From contig NC_047033.1 in assembly GCF_902652985.1 (NCBI RefSeq), positions 20,894,001-20,958,000 of the forward strand: DNA of 64,000 bases, given 5' to 3'. A program made the translations under genes and the position numbers. The notes beneath the pieces are model-generated. The model was not told the DNA's origin. It ran no database searches and saw only the letters and a program-made list of their open reading frames with translations. Shown here piece after piece: positions 13,265 through 27,649 of the stretch; position 1 is the stretch's first letter, and each line of letters opens with the position of its first letter. This DNA comes from Pecten maximus. Lineage: Eukaryota.

Positions 13265-14022
13265 GGTTGACAGGTTTTGCTCAACTCGTGGTCTCAACTA
13301 TGATCTGATTAACAGTGAGTTAACAACTCTCCCTGATAATGTTTTCAATGAATTTTGTTTACCACAACGCACAGGAAACGTGTGCAGATCATATAATTTA
13401 CAGGTCATTGAAGTGGTATTTAAACACGTACCAAAACTCATTATTTAAATGAGTATGTTTTGGAGTTACATGTAGGATGACATTTTTTGGTCTTCTTTCA
13501 TTGAAATTATCGTGGTGTAAATTATTCTTTTTTTATTCTATCGAACCTATTGTCTAGCTTTCTTTAACAATCATGATTATGTTATGGAGTAAGGATGACA
13601 ATTTCGGTCTTCTTTCATTGGAATCATCGTGGTGTAAATTATCCTTTTTTTATTCTATCGAACCTATTGTCTAGCTTTCTTAAACAATCATGAGTATGTT
13701 ATGGAGTAAGGATGAACATTTTGGTCTTCTTTCATTGGAATTGTCGTGGTGTAAATTATTCTTTCTTTTTTTCTATCGAACCTATTGTCTAGCTTTCTTT
13801 GATAATGGTATGTAACATATATCCTCATCCAAAATACAAGACGTACATGCTGCAGGTGGCATTGACGAGGTGAAATATATAGCTGTCAGAGATACATTCA
13901 TTTCAAGGAACCTTCCGAGACATTTATCCAAATGGAACGAAGTTGACTATATATCACAGCTTTATTACACGATATTTTAGGCGATAAGGTGTCATTACGT
14001 CTGTTAGGAGACAACACCGTGG
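13265..14022 (+). pseudogene. decayed leucine-rich-repeat (LRR) protein gene segment
   Basis: Translations DLINSELTTLPDNVFNEF, TFFGLLSLKL, ISSSKIQDVH...VKYIAVRDTFISRNLPRHL, and L-G-D-N-(+1 nt)-P-W followed by a GTAAGA donor at 14023, matching typical LRR units and the NPW start of an LRR-CT cap; stops and frameshifts present. Confidence 0.5.
13449..13800. repeat. tandem repeat, about 117-124 bp x3
   Basis: Units start at 13449, 13573 and 13690 (atgagtatgtt...ctattgtctagctttctt). Confidence 0.95.
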
Positions 14023-14269
14023 GTAAGATTAACAATCATCATAACGTGCAGCTGCCAACCTCTCTTTAAATGTTGATATGCTGGCGTTAATGCAAAAACT
14101 TGAACAAATTATTCATTTTGATGTCAGAAATGTTTCGTCAATCAGATTGAGAGCGTTGCATTTGCAAAATGAAACGGAAACGATGATAAAGATGATTATT
14201 ATTTGATATTTAAAACAAAAATCACAAAAAAATTAATCAATCAATAAACGTTGATGTTTAAAGAGATGT

Positions 14270-14835
14270 TATACAACGAGTGGTTGTTGTACAATGTTTA
14301 TGGTATTTATTTCACTTGAGTTATTTCTCAACTTTTTTTTAACTTTTGAAAAATAAGAGTGAAAGAAATACCATATACAACAACCACGAGTTTGCGTGAC
14401 CTGTTTCTACCACAATAGAAATGCTATTCTGCGAATGAAGTGGCCTGTTTTGTGTCAACGTGTGTTCTTTTCACAATATCTGGTGTGGTGTAAGGATACG
14501 ACCTAATTTGAGATACCGGTAATTAACATGCAAAACTGACAAATTCGGAAATGTATGGAAATATTACAATCTATTACAAATCATGATAAAAAATAAGTAA
14601 GTTTATTCTTTCAAAGCAATAAATGGATAAGAATCCATATATATGTTCAAGAATATAACAAAACAACTGCGAACTACTTCTTATGTGTCATCATTTCCAG
14701 GACATCATGAAGCGGCCTTCAAGTGTTAGCCAATCAAATTGCATTGAACCACATGATTAAAAAAATAGTCACGGAGAAAGGTCATCTTGTCAACCAATCA
14801 AAACGCATTTAGAGTTTATTCCACGTATGGTATAA
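14270..14835 (-). mobile_element. hairpin-terminated non-autonomous element (degraded)
   Basis: Imperfect hairpin 14270-14395 (cgagtggttgttgta...tggtatttatttcact / agtgaaagaaataccata...tacaacaaccacgag); far end ccaatcaaaacg...ggtataa resembles the family A/B termini. Confidence 0.55.
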
Positions 14836-15679
14836 ACTGAATACTATTCAACAGTTTTAATGATTATTTCATGCATTGAGAGTCGAATAACAGTTTTACA
14901 GTATGTAAATATTCTGTTCTAGACCGTCATATTCCAAGACCTGGCTTAGAACAATAGCTACGGATAATATTTCATGCGTACGATATTTGTCGCATCTCTT
15001 TTTTTATCTCATTTTAAATACTTTTGAGAACATAGTCGTAGAATTCGAGCAGGCTCAACGTTTTTCAGTTCTAATTGACTGTCGGTCTCTTCAACCTTTA
15101 TATGGTAATGAAATTGGTCTGTAGAATGTAATACACAGCCAAATATGCCGACACTTATTAACATATTAAACATAGCTGAATAACAGTGATAAATAACGAC
15201 ATCCAAAGCCAGTTCCCAAGCTTACAATAGTCAGTAACAATATGATATGTTTATTGATTTACGATTAACAGATATACCAAACCCGTATAGAGCGGACCGT
15301 AACTGGCACGCGGACTTAAAACGTCTTTTGGAATTAAATTAAGTTCATTTCAGTCCTCAAAGTCGACAACACCCATGTTTAATTCGTAAACTGATACAGT
15401 TATCACTATCTATCACACTGGTTTCCGGTGGTTAACATATGACGTCACAGCCAGACAAGAGCTCATTTGGCGTGAGTGACCAGCTCACTGATCGCGCACT
15501 TCGGGAATCGATATCGCGGTACTAGATGGACCGAGTTTGGTACCATCTAAAACTTATTTCTTTAGGGTAGTTTAGAATGAACAAAGTGACTATGGTTACT
15601 CAAATATTGTGATACAGATCAACAGTTCAAAGTGACCTTGAGTATCAAGAATGAGATTTATATAGAAAATAATTACTTC

Positions 15680-16390
15680 TGGCTGTATACCAACCGCCCC
15701 TTCAGAATTTAAATTGTACGTGAGTGTACAAATATATATTTACATTCTTACATGGTTTGTTTACTTCATATTGTGTCGTTTTTGCACATTTATATTCACC
15801 ATTGTTCGGCCCTAATGACCTATATCGTGTCGATGGACCCTTAAGAATGGTACGTTACTGTACACAAGTTCTAATTATAATGGGGACGGTCCGTGATACA
15901 AGTCATACACCAGTCGCTAATGAAACTGATGAGCTACAATCTTTTCCCGTGAATCAGCATTCATATTAAACCCAATTTTGATTAAAATTGGACAATATCT
16001 TAATTTCTAGCAAGAAAAGGCCAGCAGATGACAGCCAGCTTGTTCAATCGAAACATAGATGTCACCGTTGTGTGTCTATTGTCATACTCTACCTACATAC
16101 CAATTGTCATCAACCATATCTAAATTTTCAAGGAATCGGAAGACTCGGTACGGTGGTGTTGCTGACAAAGTCACCCAAATTACTCGTGTTTTATTCAAAT
16201 TTAGAGCCTCTCTATATATTATATTATGTTATATTATATATTCTTAACGGACCATCAACACTATAATGGTCATTAGCACCACAAATGGCGAGTAGAAATT
16301 ATGAGGAAACTGTTCAAAAGTCGAAACAACATCAAACATATATTGGTGCACTCTCGTTAATTTTAAAAAGGAAGAAGTGGCTATAGTTTC
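15680..16390. mobile_element. degraded DNA transposon (foldback/MITE) with long imperfect TIRs
   Basis: ctaatgacctatatcgtgtcgatggacccttaagaat (about 15812-15848) vs attcttaacggaccatcaacactataatggtcattag (about 16240-16277); gagtgtacaaatatat vs atatattggtgcactc. Confidence 0.55.
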
Positions 16391-17119
16391 ACAAATATTG
16401 GTTCATTGTATGTGATGCACTAAGCTTTTCGTAACACTTCGATTAGTAGGAATGCGTTATATATGTATAACCCCTTCGCAAACGGACAAGGACAACTTCG
16501 TCTCGGAGACTGTCGCTTTAACAAGAAAACCATTCACCAATATTTCCTTTCATCGAGTGTAATTTATCGTCTACATATCGATTCAATTCATTTTGCCGCT
16601 GTGATAATAAAAAGCAAGTTCAAAATTGTTTAAAATCGGTAAAATAAAGTTTCAAATTAGTCAGTGGAAGGGACAATGCCCCTTTTGCGGCGCGATATAC
16701 TTTTTCATTGCCATGTGTTTCGGTATGTACACGAGGCAAGATTATGTAATAAAAATCATATTTTTCGTATAAAAGGGTTTTATCCATATTTCTGTCTTAT
16801 GACAATGTTAGGCAGATAAAGCCAAAATAGATAACTGCTCTCGTTGCGTTTTATATTTTAACGTGGTCGACGGGGAGGCAGATAGCATGGGCTTCCTCAG
16901 AGAATATTGAAATCTCCTTTGGAAGCCGGCATCCTAAGGCTGCATTTACCGTAACCATGGCTGCCGCTATCATATAATTGCCCTAAGAATAATCATTGTA
17001 GAATGATAGAAGACCACGTTATTTTGACTGTAGTCCAGTAAGAATGAACGAAAAATATAAGGGATCACATAATTGTGTCATGAAGAGAAAGGTAATTTTT
17101 GACAGAATTTATATGGTTC

Positions 17120-17275
17120 AAAGAATGCAACTGTGTCGACATTAATTTAGACAGTCTCTAAAAGAGAAGACATGCGAATTCCAAACGATGGAATATATTT
17201 TGGTTTATTTTGAAACAAATCCTTATAAACTGGATCGAATACGAGTGAATAGGCAGGGTTTCATGGATTTGATTT
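17120..17275 (+). repeat. dispersed repeat, homologous (inverted) to 26485-26635
   Basis: atgcgaattccaaacgatggaat / ggatcgaatacgagtgaataggcagggtttc matches the reverse complement of 26485-26580. Confidence 0.6.
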
Positions 17276-19004
17276 CAACTCTGGCTATTAAGAAGGGGGT
17301 CATATTCTTATTCTTTAGCGGATTAACTGCTTCTCTAGCACATTTGTCACAGTTAATTTGAAAGTCAAAAATTGATTCAAAACAATATATTTATTTATCT
17401 ATTTCATTTATCTTATTTTTTAACTGGTATAGTATACTTAAATGTGTTTTTAGGACAGCTTCATCCTTTTGTGCAAAATGCATGTGAATGATGAATGTAT
17501 GTTTTTAAAACCTTGATTCATGTGAGATCTCTTATCGCAAGTGTCATTTTTTACACTTAGTCATACATATTTGTCAAGCAATAATGTAAAAAATTAATAT
17601 AGAAGGTGATATATATTTATATATACATGTATATATGTATATACGATCTTATCTTATGTAGATGTACTATATGCCGTTTTCCATAACTCATCCAGACAAA
17701 CCTATCCTTGGTATATTGGTTGCGTAAATAAATTCTGCCAACCTTATCTCGGTCATTGCCATAACATCCGCCTTTTATCTTATGTCACATATTTCAGTGT
17801 TACTTGTATATCTTTGCTGTTAACGTCAGAACAGTATCATAACATATTGATTTATTAAGTGACCAAAAGCATGTACAATGGACATACAATAGTTGAACAG
17901 AAAACTTGATAAACTTAGTTTTGTTCTTTGTTTATGCTCTGCAGATTATTATTAAAGATACGTGGCTGCTCTACTTAGTCATCGCAAAAATACCAATAAA
18001 AGTTATTGAATTATGTAATATGGAAAATGCTATTCTTAACAAACTGGAACTAAACGCAGTTGCTCAAAATTAGTAGAAGGGTGTCTTGTTTGTTTCACTG
18101 CAATAGCTTAAAGTGATAATTCAGTGAGACAAACAAAAAGAAATCAATATATCGTATATAGCGACATCTGTGGGGTAGGGGTTTTGGGGTAATCGATGAC
18201 TTCTGCATGGTCGGACATTGATTCAAAATGTAGGATAAAAATGATCCCATCGAAACATGATTGAACAAAATCATTGTCCGTCTTCGTTACCTTCATAGCC
18301 CTCAGTTGCAATTCTTCCGGTTTTGTCTCCATAAAGACTAATCTTCATATGACCGTTGGTCCAAGCATACAGAATCCTACCAATTTAAAAGCAATATGAA
18401 TTTAAATTTCAATCACATTATTATCGACGAGGATTGAATTAAGGTCATGAAAATTCCCTGAAGAATTCTTCGGAAATAACGCCCTTCCAATAATCACACT
18501 CTATGCTAGTTTTACCTTTAACAAAACTGAATCATTGTATTGATCTTTGGGAAATCGAAGACGAACGTGGGAATTCATGTATTAGAAATAAGTGGACCGT
18601 AGCCTGAATATCACTTCCGGTGACAGGTATCAATAGTTATTCAATCATGAATGCTGATATTCTCATGTGTAAACGTGATACCTTAATTTTGATATTTGAT
18701 GAAACATAACTATAGTTATTGTCGGAGTTTACATTTAGTGTAACATGCGAGCCATCTGTTGAAGTGGACTATCTGATGAAGCAGGTTTATCTGTTGAAAC
18801 ATGATATCTTTTTAATAATGGTTAACAATTTGAAAACTTTAGCTTTAAACGAGCAATGGCAATGTACAAATATGCTAAAATTAAATCAATTTAATGTTTG
18901 TCGAAACCAATGTAAAAAGGTCACCAGTATTCATCTTTTATAAGATGTACCGTAAAGATAAATTTTGTTTGGTTTATAGTATTGTGTGCGGGAAGAACGC
19001 GTAA

Positions 19005-19150
19005 TGTTAATGTGTATATGTTGTGTTTGGGAGACTTTATAGTGCTACCTCACTGAACCGCTCTACCGAAATCCAGCAGGGCACATCACAAGGTCACATG
19101 ATACAAACAACTGGCGAACCAGTCGCCCCACTCCCAAAAAGCTTAGCAGA
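19005..19150 (-). mobile_element. Meta-type SINE fragment
   Basis: gactttatagtgctacctcactgaa...ccagcagg...ggcgaaccagtcgccccactcccaaaa. Confidence 0.75.
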
Positions 19151-22049
19151 AAGAACGATGTGTAGAAGAAGAAGAAGAAAGATAATATCCGAAATTATTC
19201 GTGTTATAAAGCTGTAAAAATAGTTAACTACAACAAAAAACAGTGTTTCTAAACCCCAAAGTCTTACAAACAAAACGTAAAAACCTGTCAGTAGCAAAAT
19301 GCACTACACGTCCATTACACCAATATGTGGAACAAAGTTTGTAATATTCTGTGTTTTGACTTTTTGTAACAGAAGAATTACCTAAAACCAAAAAAATATT
19401 GATAATAAAAGGCAGCACCAGGCCACAATACATCAATTCGTTAAGCAGAATGCAAGAAGGTAAACTGCATGATTTTATTAGAAGATACAATAAAATACAG
19501 TTTTGCCCTTCTAGGATTCATCTGTGACGTAAGAGTCAAACGTGGCAGACTTAACAAGGAAACACGTACCACGTCCAAGAAAATGCATTATTTTCATCTT
19601 AATAATTACCAATATAAAAACGAAAAGTTAATTTTCTAATTAAAATAGAACTAAGAAATTTCAATTTCCTGTCATAATAAGAGCTCGGTTGTGATATATA
19701 GGAGCAGATCTACGGACGGATATAAAAATACGCCGAACGGATGAACGGGCAACACTGTAAAAAGACCAAGACAAATTTTGACTGAATCTAACAATTCAAA
19801 TAATGTATGAAATATAAAGGGTGTGCACTAACCTGATAATTAAATAACGTCGTATATTTTTGATATTTAAATCATCTTAAAGAAAATCAAATAAGTGTGT
19901 AGATGTATATTCATAATAGGAATGTATCAAAAGGATATATTCTTTCATGTGGTGTCGAATTTTCAACGCGGATAATTTGGTACTTTTCTGGAGTCAAAAT
20001 AACATTATGAAAATTAATCTTCCATGTGGCCACGAAGATTAGTCTTCTAATTCGTCAATTACGTTATAGCATAATATCGACTTCCATATCAAATCATGTG
20101 TCAATTACTTATTACGTCATTGCGATTCAACACTCGTCACAACCCATCGCCCCAATCACTCGAAAAAATATCTGGAATACAAAGTAGCAGACGAATACTT
20201 TAATTCCATCACATCAAAAGTGTACATGTAACAGGATTGGTCTTTATCATTCCATTTGCAGCGGAGCCTTTTGTAACGTATCTGTCCCAATAGGGCATTG
20301 GAAGCCAAATCTACATTTTTGCAGAACTATCTTAATATGTTTTTGTTTTGCTTTCAAGCTAGTTTTGAAAACGTAATGTGAGTCATCCTTTTAGAGAGGA
20401 TCGAAGTGGTCATGTAGTTATAACGTCAGAATAGACAAGTGATTTGTCGAATATTTGAGGCAATCCACTCCTTTATCAAGACACAAGTAAATTACAAACG
20501 ACCCCATACAAACAGAACATGAAGCAGTGATACATTTTGTAGATAAATAGGGACAATATCTATATGTATTCGTTAATAATCCCTTCAGTTGATAATTCGT
20601 TTCGCTGAAGGCCATTGTCTTTCATTAGAAAACATCTTAGGTGGTATTTAGATGGATATGAATAAATAACCAAATAAAAGGTTTAGTAAGTAATAGCACA
20701 AGTTCAATCGATGTGACGACAAAGCGTGCTTACGTAGCGAATGCTTTTATTTATTTTCCTGTATATGAGAATATAGGAAGTACGCACTCCATGTGTTTAT
20801 TAATCAGGACAATCCCTATAAGCGACAAAAATACATTTTCTGTAGGAACTCTGTTCGGGTAAAACAACAGCTGATTAGCTGAATTAGTTGTGTGAGTACT
20901 TGTGTTAGCAGGGTAAGGTCATAATTTACTTGTGTCTTCATGATAAATGGGCAGGAAATTCAACAATTTACTTATCTGTACTGTCGTAATTACTACATGG
21001 CATTTTTTTTTCATTTTTTTTTTAACAAAATGCATCTAGCGAACGTCAGCTTGTTAGGATCCAGTACTATTTGCTCTTTAGTTATAATAGTTATCAAATA
21101 ATTCCTGTTTTGTAATTCTGTTGTATAAAAGGTTATTATCCTATGGATTGAATTTATTGATTAAAATAGTGAAATTAAATTGATAATTAGGTGTTTATTT
21201 TCATGAACTATATTTTTTTACCAAGAGGTCGTCTGTATTCGTGACGTCATAAGAACAGGTCCCATTGACAGCGCAAAAAAAATGACTTTTGAATGTTATG
21301 ACACTTTTATAAATTGAATTTAAGATATTTTTAGCAGGAAATATAAGTATTTAACTGCCTTCTTTGGAAAATTATTATCCTAATTCTGTGAGAACTATAG
21401 GATAATCGTATAGGCATTCTTTACTGTCGGACAATTGACCCGTAAATAATTTGTTAACATTCCCTCTATGAAACATTCATCTGACTATCATATATAGAGG
21501 GTCTTCCACAACTGTCAATGTGATATTAAACTTATCTAACGAGAAATTGTTGAACGAGTTTAATAAATTTTGACATTATATTTAACAGATGTTAGATTTA
21601 ATTATTTCAGATCATAAATTGAGAGTTTATTTGTGTTGTCGTAATTGTTCCTAAATTTATAATATCGAGCAGGCATATGTTTTCGTCAACATTTTTCCTC
21701 AGTTAGACGAGAAAGTTATTACACTGATTACTCGTACAGGTACGTAGCTAACGACACAAGATTGAAATGTCAGCCATTAACAATCGACATGTGCACCCGG
21801 TACCATTCGACCGGTATATGTTTCTTAAGTACGGAAGGGGCGTTTGGATAGTCATAGTGATAGCAATGAAAACTATTTCATCATTCTTTGACTCGATTCA
21901 TGTCGGTCAACTCGCTAAGGAAAGTGGACTCCTATATGTAATTGTGTTTATTATTGTGACTAAAGACAGAGTGACATAGGAATTGGTAAATCGAGATGTT
22001 TATATGTGTAAATGTTAGACCACTGAGGCTGTTATTTCCTAAAATTCGA

Positions 22050-23230
22050 CAGCAATTTGTACGTCTTTGAGACGACCCCTCAAAGTCTGTATCCGAGACG
22101 TTGTCGGAGGCGATGATAGAAATGTATGATATAATGACATCACAATGACAGACCGCAGCATAACACGATATCATGATAGTGTTGTATGCAAAAAAAAATC
22201 GTTTAAATCGCCCATACACTTACCCGTGTCTATCTCACTGACGGCACTGATCATACCCACGCAGAAAACAGCCATGAACTTGAGACCATCAACATGGCTT
22301 ATGACATTCCGATCGTGGATGCTCGTCTTCGTGACATACAGTAAGAGGCAGTAAGTTGGCACAAATTGGTCATTCGAAGTTAATGCGCCGTTATTGCGCT
22401 ATCACTACGATCAGAAATCAAGTCGAAAATCCACCCATTTTATATCGGAACTGAAAGATGTCTCCGACTGGCCCAATATGACTGCCAAGATCAGAGAATA
22501 TATTTTTAAGTGAAATGCATATTGCTCATATGAAAAGCGACAGCGTAAAAAAAGCTATCTCCCAGGAGGTCTCAGATGTGCAGTGGTCTAAGATCATGCG
22601 CGATTTGTTAACAGCACATTCAAATACTATCTCATTACTATAGATTATTATTCGAATTATGTCAGCATTGATCATCTGATCGACACCAAGTGGTCAATAG
22701 TTGTCAATAATAAACTCGCTACGGAATACCTGCAACTGTGAAAAGTGAGAACGGTTCAAGATTGTCTTTTGTGGATGTTCAACTTTTCGCGAATGAATGG
22801 ATATTCAAACAACTAGCCTCGCCTTCAGAACACCCAAAGAGTAATGGCAAAGCGGAACAGGTTGTAACGACGGCCAAACAACTGGGAATCTAATCAATAC
22901 TAGACTTTTGCTATACCCAAACTTAGTCGATGGACAGTTGTCCAGCTCAACGGTTCATGGGTTGAACCTACTCAAATTACAGATTTCTGAATCGATGATA
23001 GAGGCGATGAAGGGGAAACAAACACACTGTTATAATCCTGGCGTGAGAGATTTGAAACCGCTCAACTGAGGTGATGTTGAACGTATCGCACTGAATCATG
23101 GTCAGACATGGTGGAAACAAAGAACATGACAGGTGCACTCGACCGGGATCCGATAGGGGCAATATAGTATGATTGAGAAAACAAATAACAATCAAGTACT
23201 TCTGATCCAAAAATGGTTAAAGTGTAAATA
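22050..23230 (+). mobile_element. Ty3/Gypsy LTR-retrotransposon pol relic (RNase H end, HHCC zinc finger, integrase core)
   Basis: Broken frames read IAHTLTRVYL, WPNMTAKIREYIFK*NAYC, YLITIDYYSNYV, RYGIPATVKSENG, FANEWIFKQLASPSEHPKSNGKAEQVVTTAKQL and SCPAQRFMG, matching the rve integrase D-D-E consensus (VDYYS, YGIP..SDNG, HPQSNG.AE); many stops and frameshifts. Confidence 0.85.
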
Positions 23231-25849
23231 TAACTTGTAAGAATGATTTGATATTATCACCGAAATAACCAGATGAGCAATGCAGGCACCATGGGCTTCT
23301 TTTTTTCAAACGTCTCTATATCAGTCCATATTTTCCTTTCGTTTTAATTTGAATCACAAGTTTATTTATCGACAGTTGTCGTTCTTTTTTTAAGAATCGA
23401 CATTTCAACGTTTTCGAAACCTTCAAGTACTGCAATCGTATAAATTAATGATAAATTGTTTGATCTTTTAATAAATTTTATTTTGAATTTCATTTTTCGT
23501 GACTAAAGCAGCATTTAAGCGCATATAACTATATTTTTTTATTTTGAATATTCTTTTAATATTTTTCTGATTTCGTGAATTCTTCAAACATTTCTGTATA
23601 GCACATATAATTCACCAGCGGATGTTTTTTAAATCCACCATAACTTTGACTCCAGCGTGTATTTCTCGAATATTTCTCGCCAAACTACAATCGACACACA
23701 TGCAGCTGTAGTCGACTCTTTCCGAAAGGAATACAAAAGAAAGAATGCGATATCATTGCTGACATTGATAAGAAAATAAATGACTGCGACAACCTGTTTT
23801 TATAATGCTATTACGCACATCTATCACTGACAAGATTCAAATATTTCTTTCGGTTTTGGATACTTCTTAAATTAAGAGATCGGATTTTTGATAATACAGA
23901 TTTATTTCTTTTGGCTGTGATCTCATAAATACACTTAGATATCAGTAAGCACATTTTTTTTTATTTACTTAAAAATAGCTTTGGTATCTAAAAAACAGCA
24001 GAATAATGACTTTCCTGAAGGCTAAACGCCTTATAAATATGCGCCATCCTTTTGTATTAAGACTTTTGACAAGCTGATAACTCCCTTGTCGCAAGGGGCC
24101 AAATATATTTATGTTAACGTCCCTGGGTATACATTCAGCAACCCTAGGATGTGATAAAGATTAGACCTATCGGATATAATTACTGTTCCTCAATAGACGC
24201 ATATGAGTACTTGTCATAACTTTTTTTTGAAATTCTGGTTGCAATTATTATTCATATGGTACATGTACAATAAATGGTTTACCTAAACGCATTACTAAAT
24301 AGGCGTGGCCAGTTTATATTATTGAATCATGGCATAAAACCTACAATCCGACAGTATTACATTACTCATTAACTAAGAATTCTCAGTTCTCGCGCTCCTC
24401 TGACAATTTAGGCACTAGAAATTCAAACCATTAATTTGAAACGTAAAACTGACTGTCAAGCTTAAGAATGATATATTTGATATGATATTCTCCAAAATAA
24501 ATACAAATAGCGTTGTTTTCCATCGCACTGTGCCTTGCGTAGGTTTGGGAATGGACAAACAAGGATATTCGATCTGTTACTGAGGACAACAATGGCCGTA
24601 ATGTATAATGATTACATTTTAGAAACCGTTATCTAATGACAGTAGTTGCTGATAGGACGTTAAACAATACAAAATCAAAACTTACATTTTTGAAAGGAAA
24701 ATGTTATTTCGGCGATGTAGTATTAGTATCTTTTTGTATTTTCCTGAAACTTTAAACGATCATCTCGTGTAGTACCTTGCCCCACAAAGTAAAATCGCTC
24801 CACCACCAAGTTAACACTCTAACAGTGACTCTCGATGGACTAGTTTACTTATTAATTAAGAGAATGAGTCTCAGATACTGTCGCCTCGCCCTGCAAAATG
24901 TAACAATGGCCTGCATCGTTTACCTGTTATTCACATCTTCGATGATACTCTGTCTTTTATTTGATAAAACAAATTCTAAAAAAAAGTGCCAATGCTTTAA
25001 AAATATGACTCCTTGAATAAGGGTCAATGATATTTGATCCTACCAGCCAAATATCTCGGTTTCAGGCTTTTAAATGAAATCATTTTGACTCTTGCAATTT
25101 TGAATATAGATGAAGGACATTCATTTCGAAAACTGGGTTCCATCTCAGGAATATACCAGTCAGATATGAATCAAGGCCTCATGGTTTGTAAGAAGTCTTT
25201 TTAAAGAAAATGTGGACAGGTTAACTGTCGGTTGGGTTTAGTTACGTATTGCGTAACGCAACCATAATTTACAACAAAAATGTATCGAGTATATTTTGTC
25301 GGGATCTTTCTGATTACACCCAGTTTCCTTAATTTCATCGCCATTCGATTCTTCGACCGCAACATGGAGATCGTAGATACATAATGTAGATAGCACATGA
25401 AGGAGGTTAAAAAGTTGCGGACTTTTTCCTGGTTGCCAGCTACTACATCCAAATCTCAATATTTCTTCAATGTCGCATCTCACGACATAGAGTGAGATAT
25501 TCTCTGCTCCTTAACGGATTGGTTTAGTTTTGATTAACGTTCGTTCAGCGCTACAATCAATTAGGATCTGTCTAATGAAAGAATTTGTCATATAAGACAT
25601 TTTGGTAGTTCCCTGCTAGGAGATCCACCGTTTTCATCAGAGAGTCAAACGCTAAGCTAAAGGCCGACATGAGGAATTGACAAGAGAAACAATCAAATTG
25701 CCAAACTGGATTTTATAAACTTTATCTCGAGATTTAGATGCTCCTTTCTTACCGATTTAGAAGTTAGAATGTTAACGGAATTATGTTTATACAAATTATA
25801 CATATATATTACAGCCTGCCTAGTTTTCACAGCCCCTAAAAACAGCATT

Positions 25850-26108
25850 TACCACATGCATGCATCTCGCACACAAGGGAGGTCGTCTTTAAATGACCTT
25901 TGCTTTTGATAGAACGTTTAACAAATCAAAACAAAAACCTTGACACTTCATCTCCTTTGGCCTTTAGCTGAGCGATAGTCGCCCTGTGAAGAAGGCATTT
26001 GGTTATGTAGCCTAGCCAATGCATACCAGGGTCTATAACATTGTTAGTTGCTACTCCTGCTAAACGTTCAGCATTTTGGAATTGGGACGACTAATTCGTC
26101 CGCTGTCA
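25850..26108 (+). mobile_element. Meta-type SINE fragments (tail, then head plus Meta domain)
   Basis: ggaggtcgtctttaaatgacc tail; ttggcctttagctgagcg head; gtctataacattgttagttgctactcctgctaaacgttcagcattttgg. Confidence 0.7.
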
Positions 26109-26714
26109 CCCCTGCGGATAGTGGTTAGAATGTATCCGTTGTAGCCTACTGCTACTATTTGCATCCCATGTCGTTAGGGGATGGGATTCTGGTGATTGAA
26201 GGATAAGGGTGATGGGTTTTATATCGCCCTTTTTCATATAATATTACTTCGGCCGGGATCTCAACTAGACGAGTGGTCATATTGACCAGATATGATCAAT
26301 TGGCTGGCCATGCTATAGAAACCATAGAACAGTGACCTAATTTCATATTTGTGTTCTCTATTTATAAAATCAACCTCAATAACCATGTACCAATTCTCTA
26401 TCTATATTTATTACAAAATGCGTTAACCATCACTGTATAATCGCCATAATAAACGTTCGTTTCAATAGACACTTCAATTACAATCAATTCCAGCAAACCC
26501 TACCCATTCACTTGTATTCAATCCAAATTACATAGATTTATTTTAAAAAAAAAAGCAATTCCAACGTTCGGTATACGCATTTCTGCCCTTATTTCAGATG
26601 GCCAAATTAATCCCGACAAAATCGATACTTTGGGACTACAGAAATCCCCCAACCCCCCATGGTTTTCGAATCTTCCAGAGATTTGACCTGACGCTTCATC
26701 AAACAATTAAATCT

Positions 26715-27480
26715 AACACTGGCCCCTAAATCTTTTATACGACTTTTTAAATCTGCTGTCGAAATACAACGACTTTCAATCGTTCTACACTGAGGGCTTC
26801 AAGGACAATCCTAAAGTAGTCGTAGTCATGGTTACGATAGGTGCAGTCTTGAGATGTCGGCTTCGAACTGATACTTCAATATTCTCTTCTGAAGCCACGC
26901 TATCTACCTCACCCTTCAAAACATTAAAACTAACGATGTTCCGAGAACAATGATCTATTCTGACTTTCTATCTGTCTTGCAGAGCCTTAACAACAGACAT
27001 TTGGACAATATATAAGATTTTTTTCTTCATATTCTCACCTCAAGCTACCATACGAACATTATTTTGCTGTAATCCTGGACATGCAGCAATACCAGTAATG
27101 AAAAAGCACATCGTGCTACAAAAGCGGCATTATGATTATAATTTCAACCAACTGATTTTAAAGCAGTTTTAACATTTTTTTTTAAGTTGAAAAATACGAA
27201 GACAACAGAATGCATTCGATAAAAACAAATATAGGTGAATATTGCCATAGAGACCATGGCGGAGACGAGGTTATGTTTGCCCGTCGAATGTCAGGTCATG
27301 CATATAGAACACATTTCTTCTTATTGAAGCGTGATGACCAGCCTCACTGCGCATCATGTAATGAACCATTTAAAGTTAATGATTATTATTGGATTATATT
27401 AATCTACAACCTACAAGAGACATAATATCAAGTCTAAACATTCTTCTTGAGAATGTTTAAGCCTTTCTATGTTTTCATGA
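26715..27480 (+). mobile_element. non-LTR retrotransposon relic (RNase H plus C-terminal CCHC; I/Nimb/R1-group type)
   Basis: FYTEGFKD (from 26783)...SIFSSEA...IYSDFLSVLQSLNN...PGHA...NEKA.RA.KAAL...EVMFARRMSGHAYRTHFFLLKRDDQPHCASCNEPF, matching YTDGSK / SAE / SDS / PGH..NE.AD and RLRIGHT..CxxC. Confidence 0.85.
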
Positions 27481-27649
27481 TGTATATATTATGACATAAT
27501 CAATAAAATGCGTTGAATGACAGAAAATATAGACCGATATGATATATTATGAGAACAATACCTTTGGTTTTTATAATTGCAATAAATTCGGGCAACTAGC
27601 TACTGACTACGGAGGATCGAATGTGGTGCTCTATTCTCTACATGTAAAT

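Noticed and set aside
18291-18376. Minus-strand AG/GT-bounded segment ILYAWTNGHMKISLYGDKTG, faintly PLAT/LH2-like
   Set aside because: Only 86 nt, weak similarity, and no neighbouring supporting exons
25100-25140. Hammerhead-like agatgaaggac...gaaaac
   Set aside because: Lacks the CUGAUGA core and paired stems
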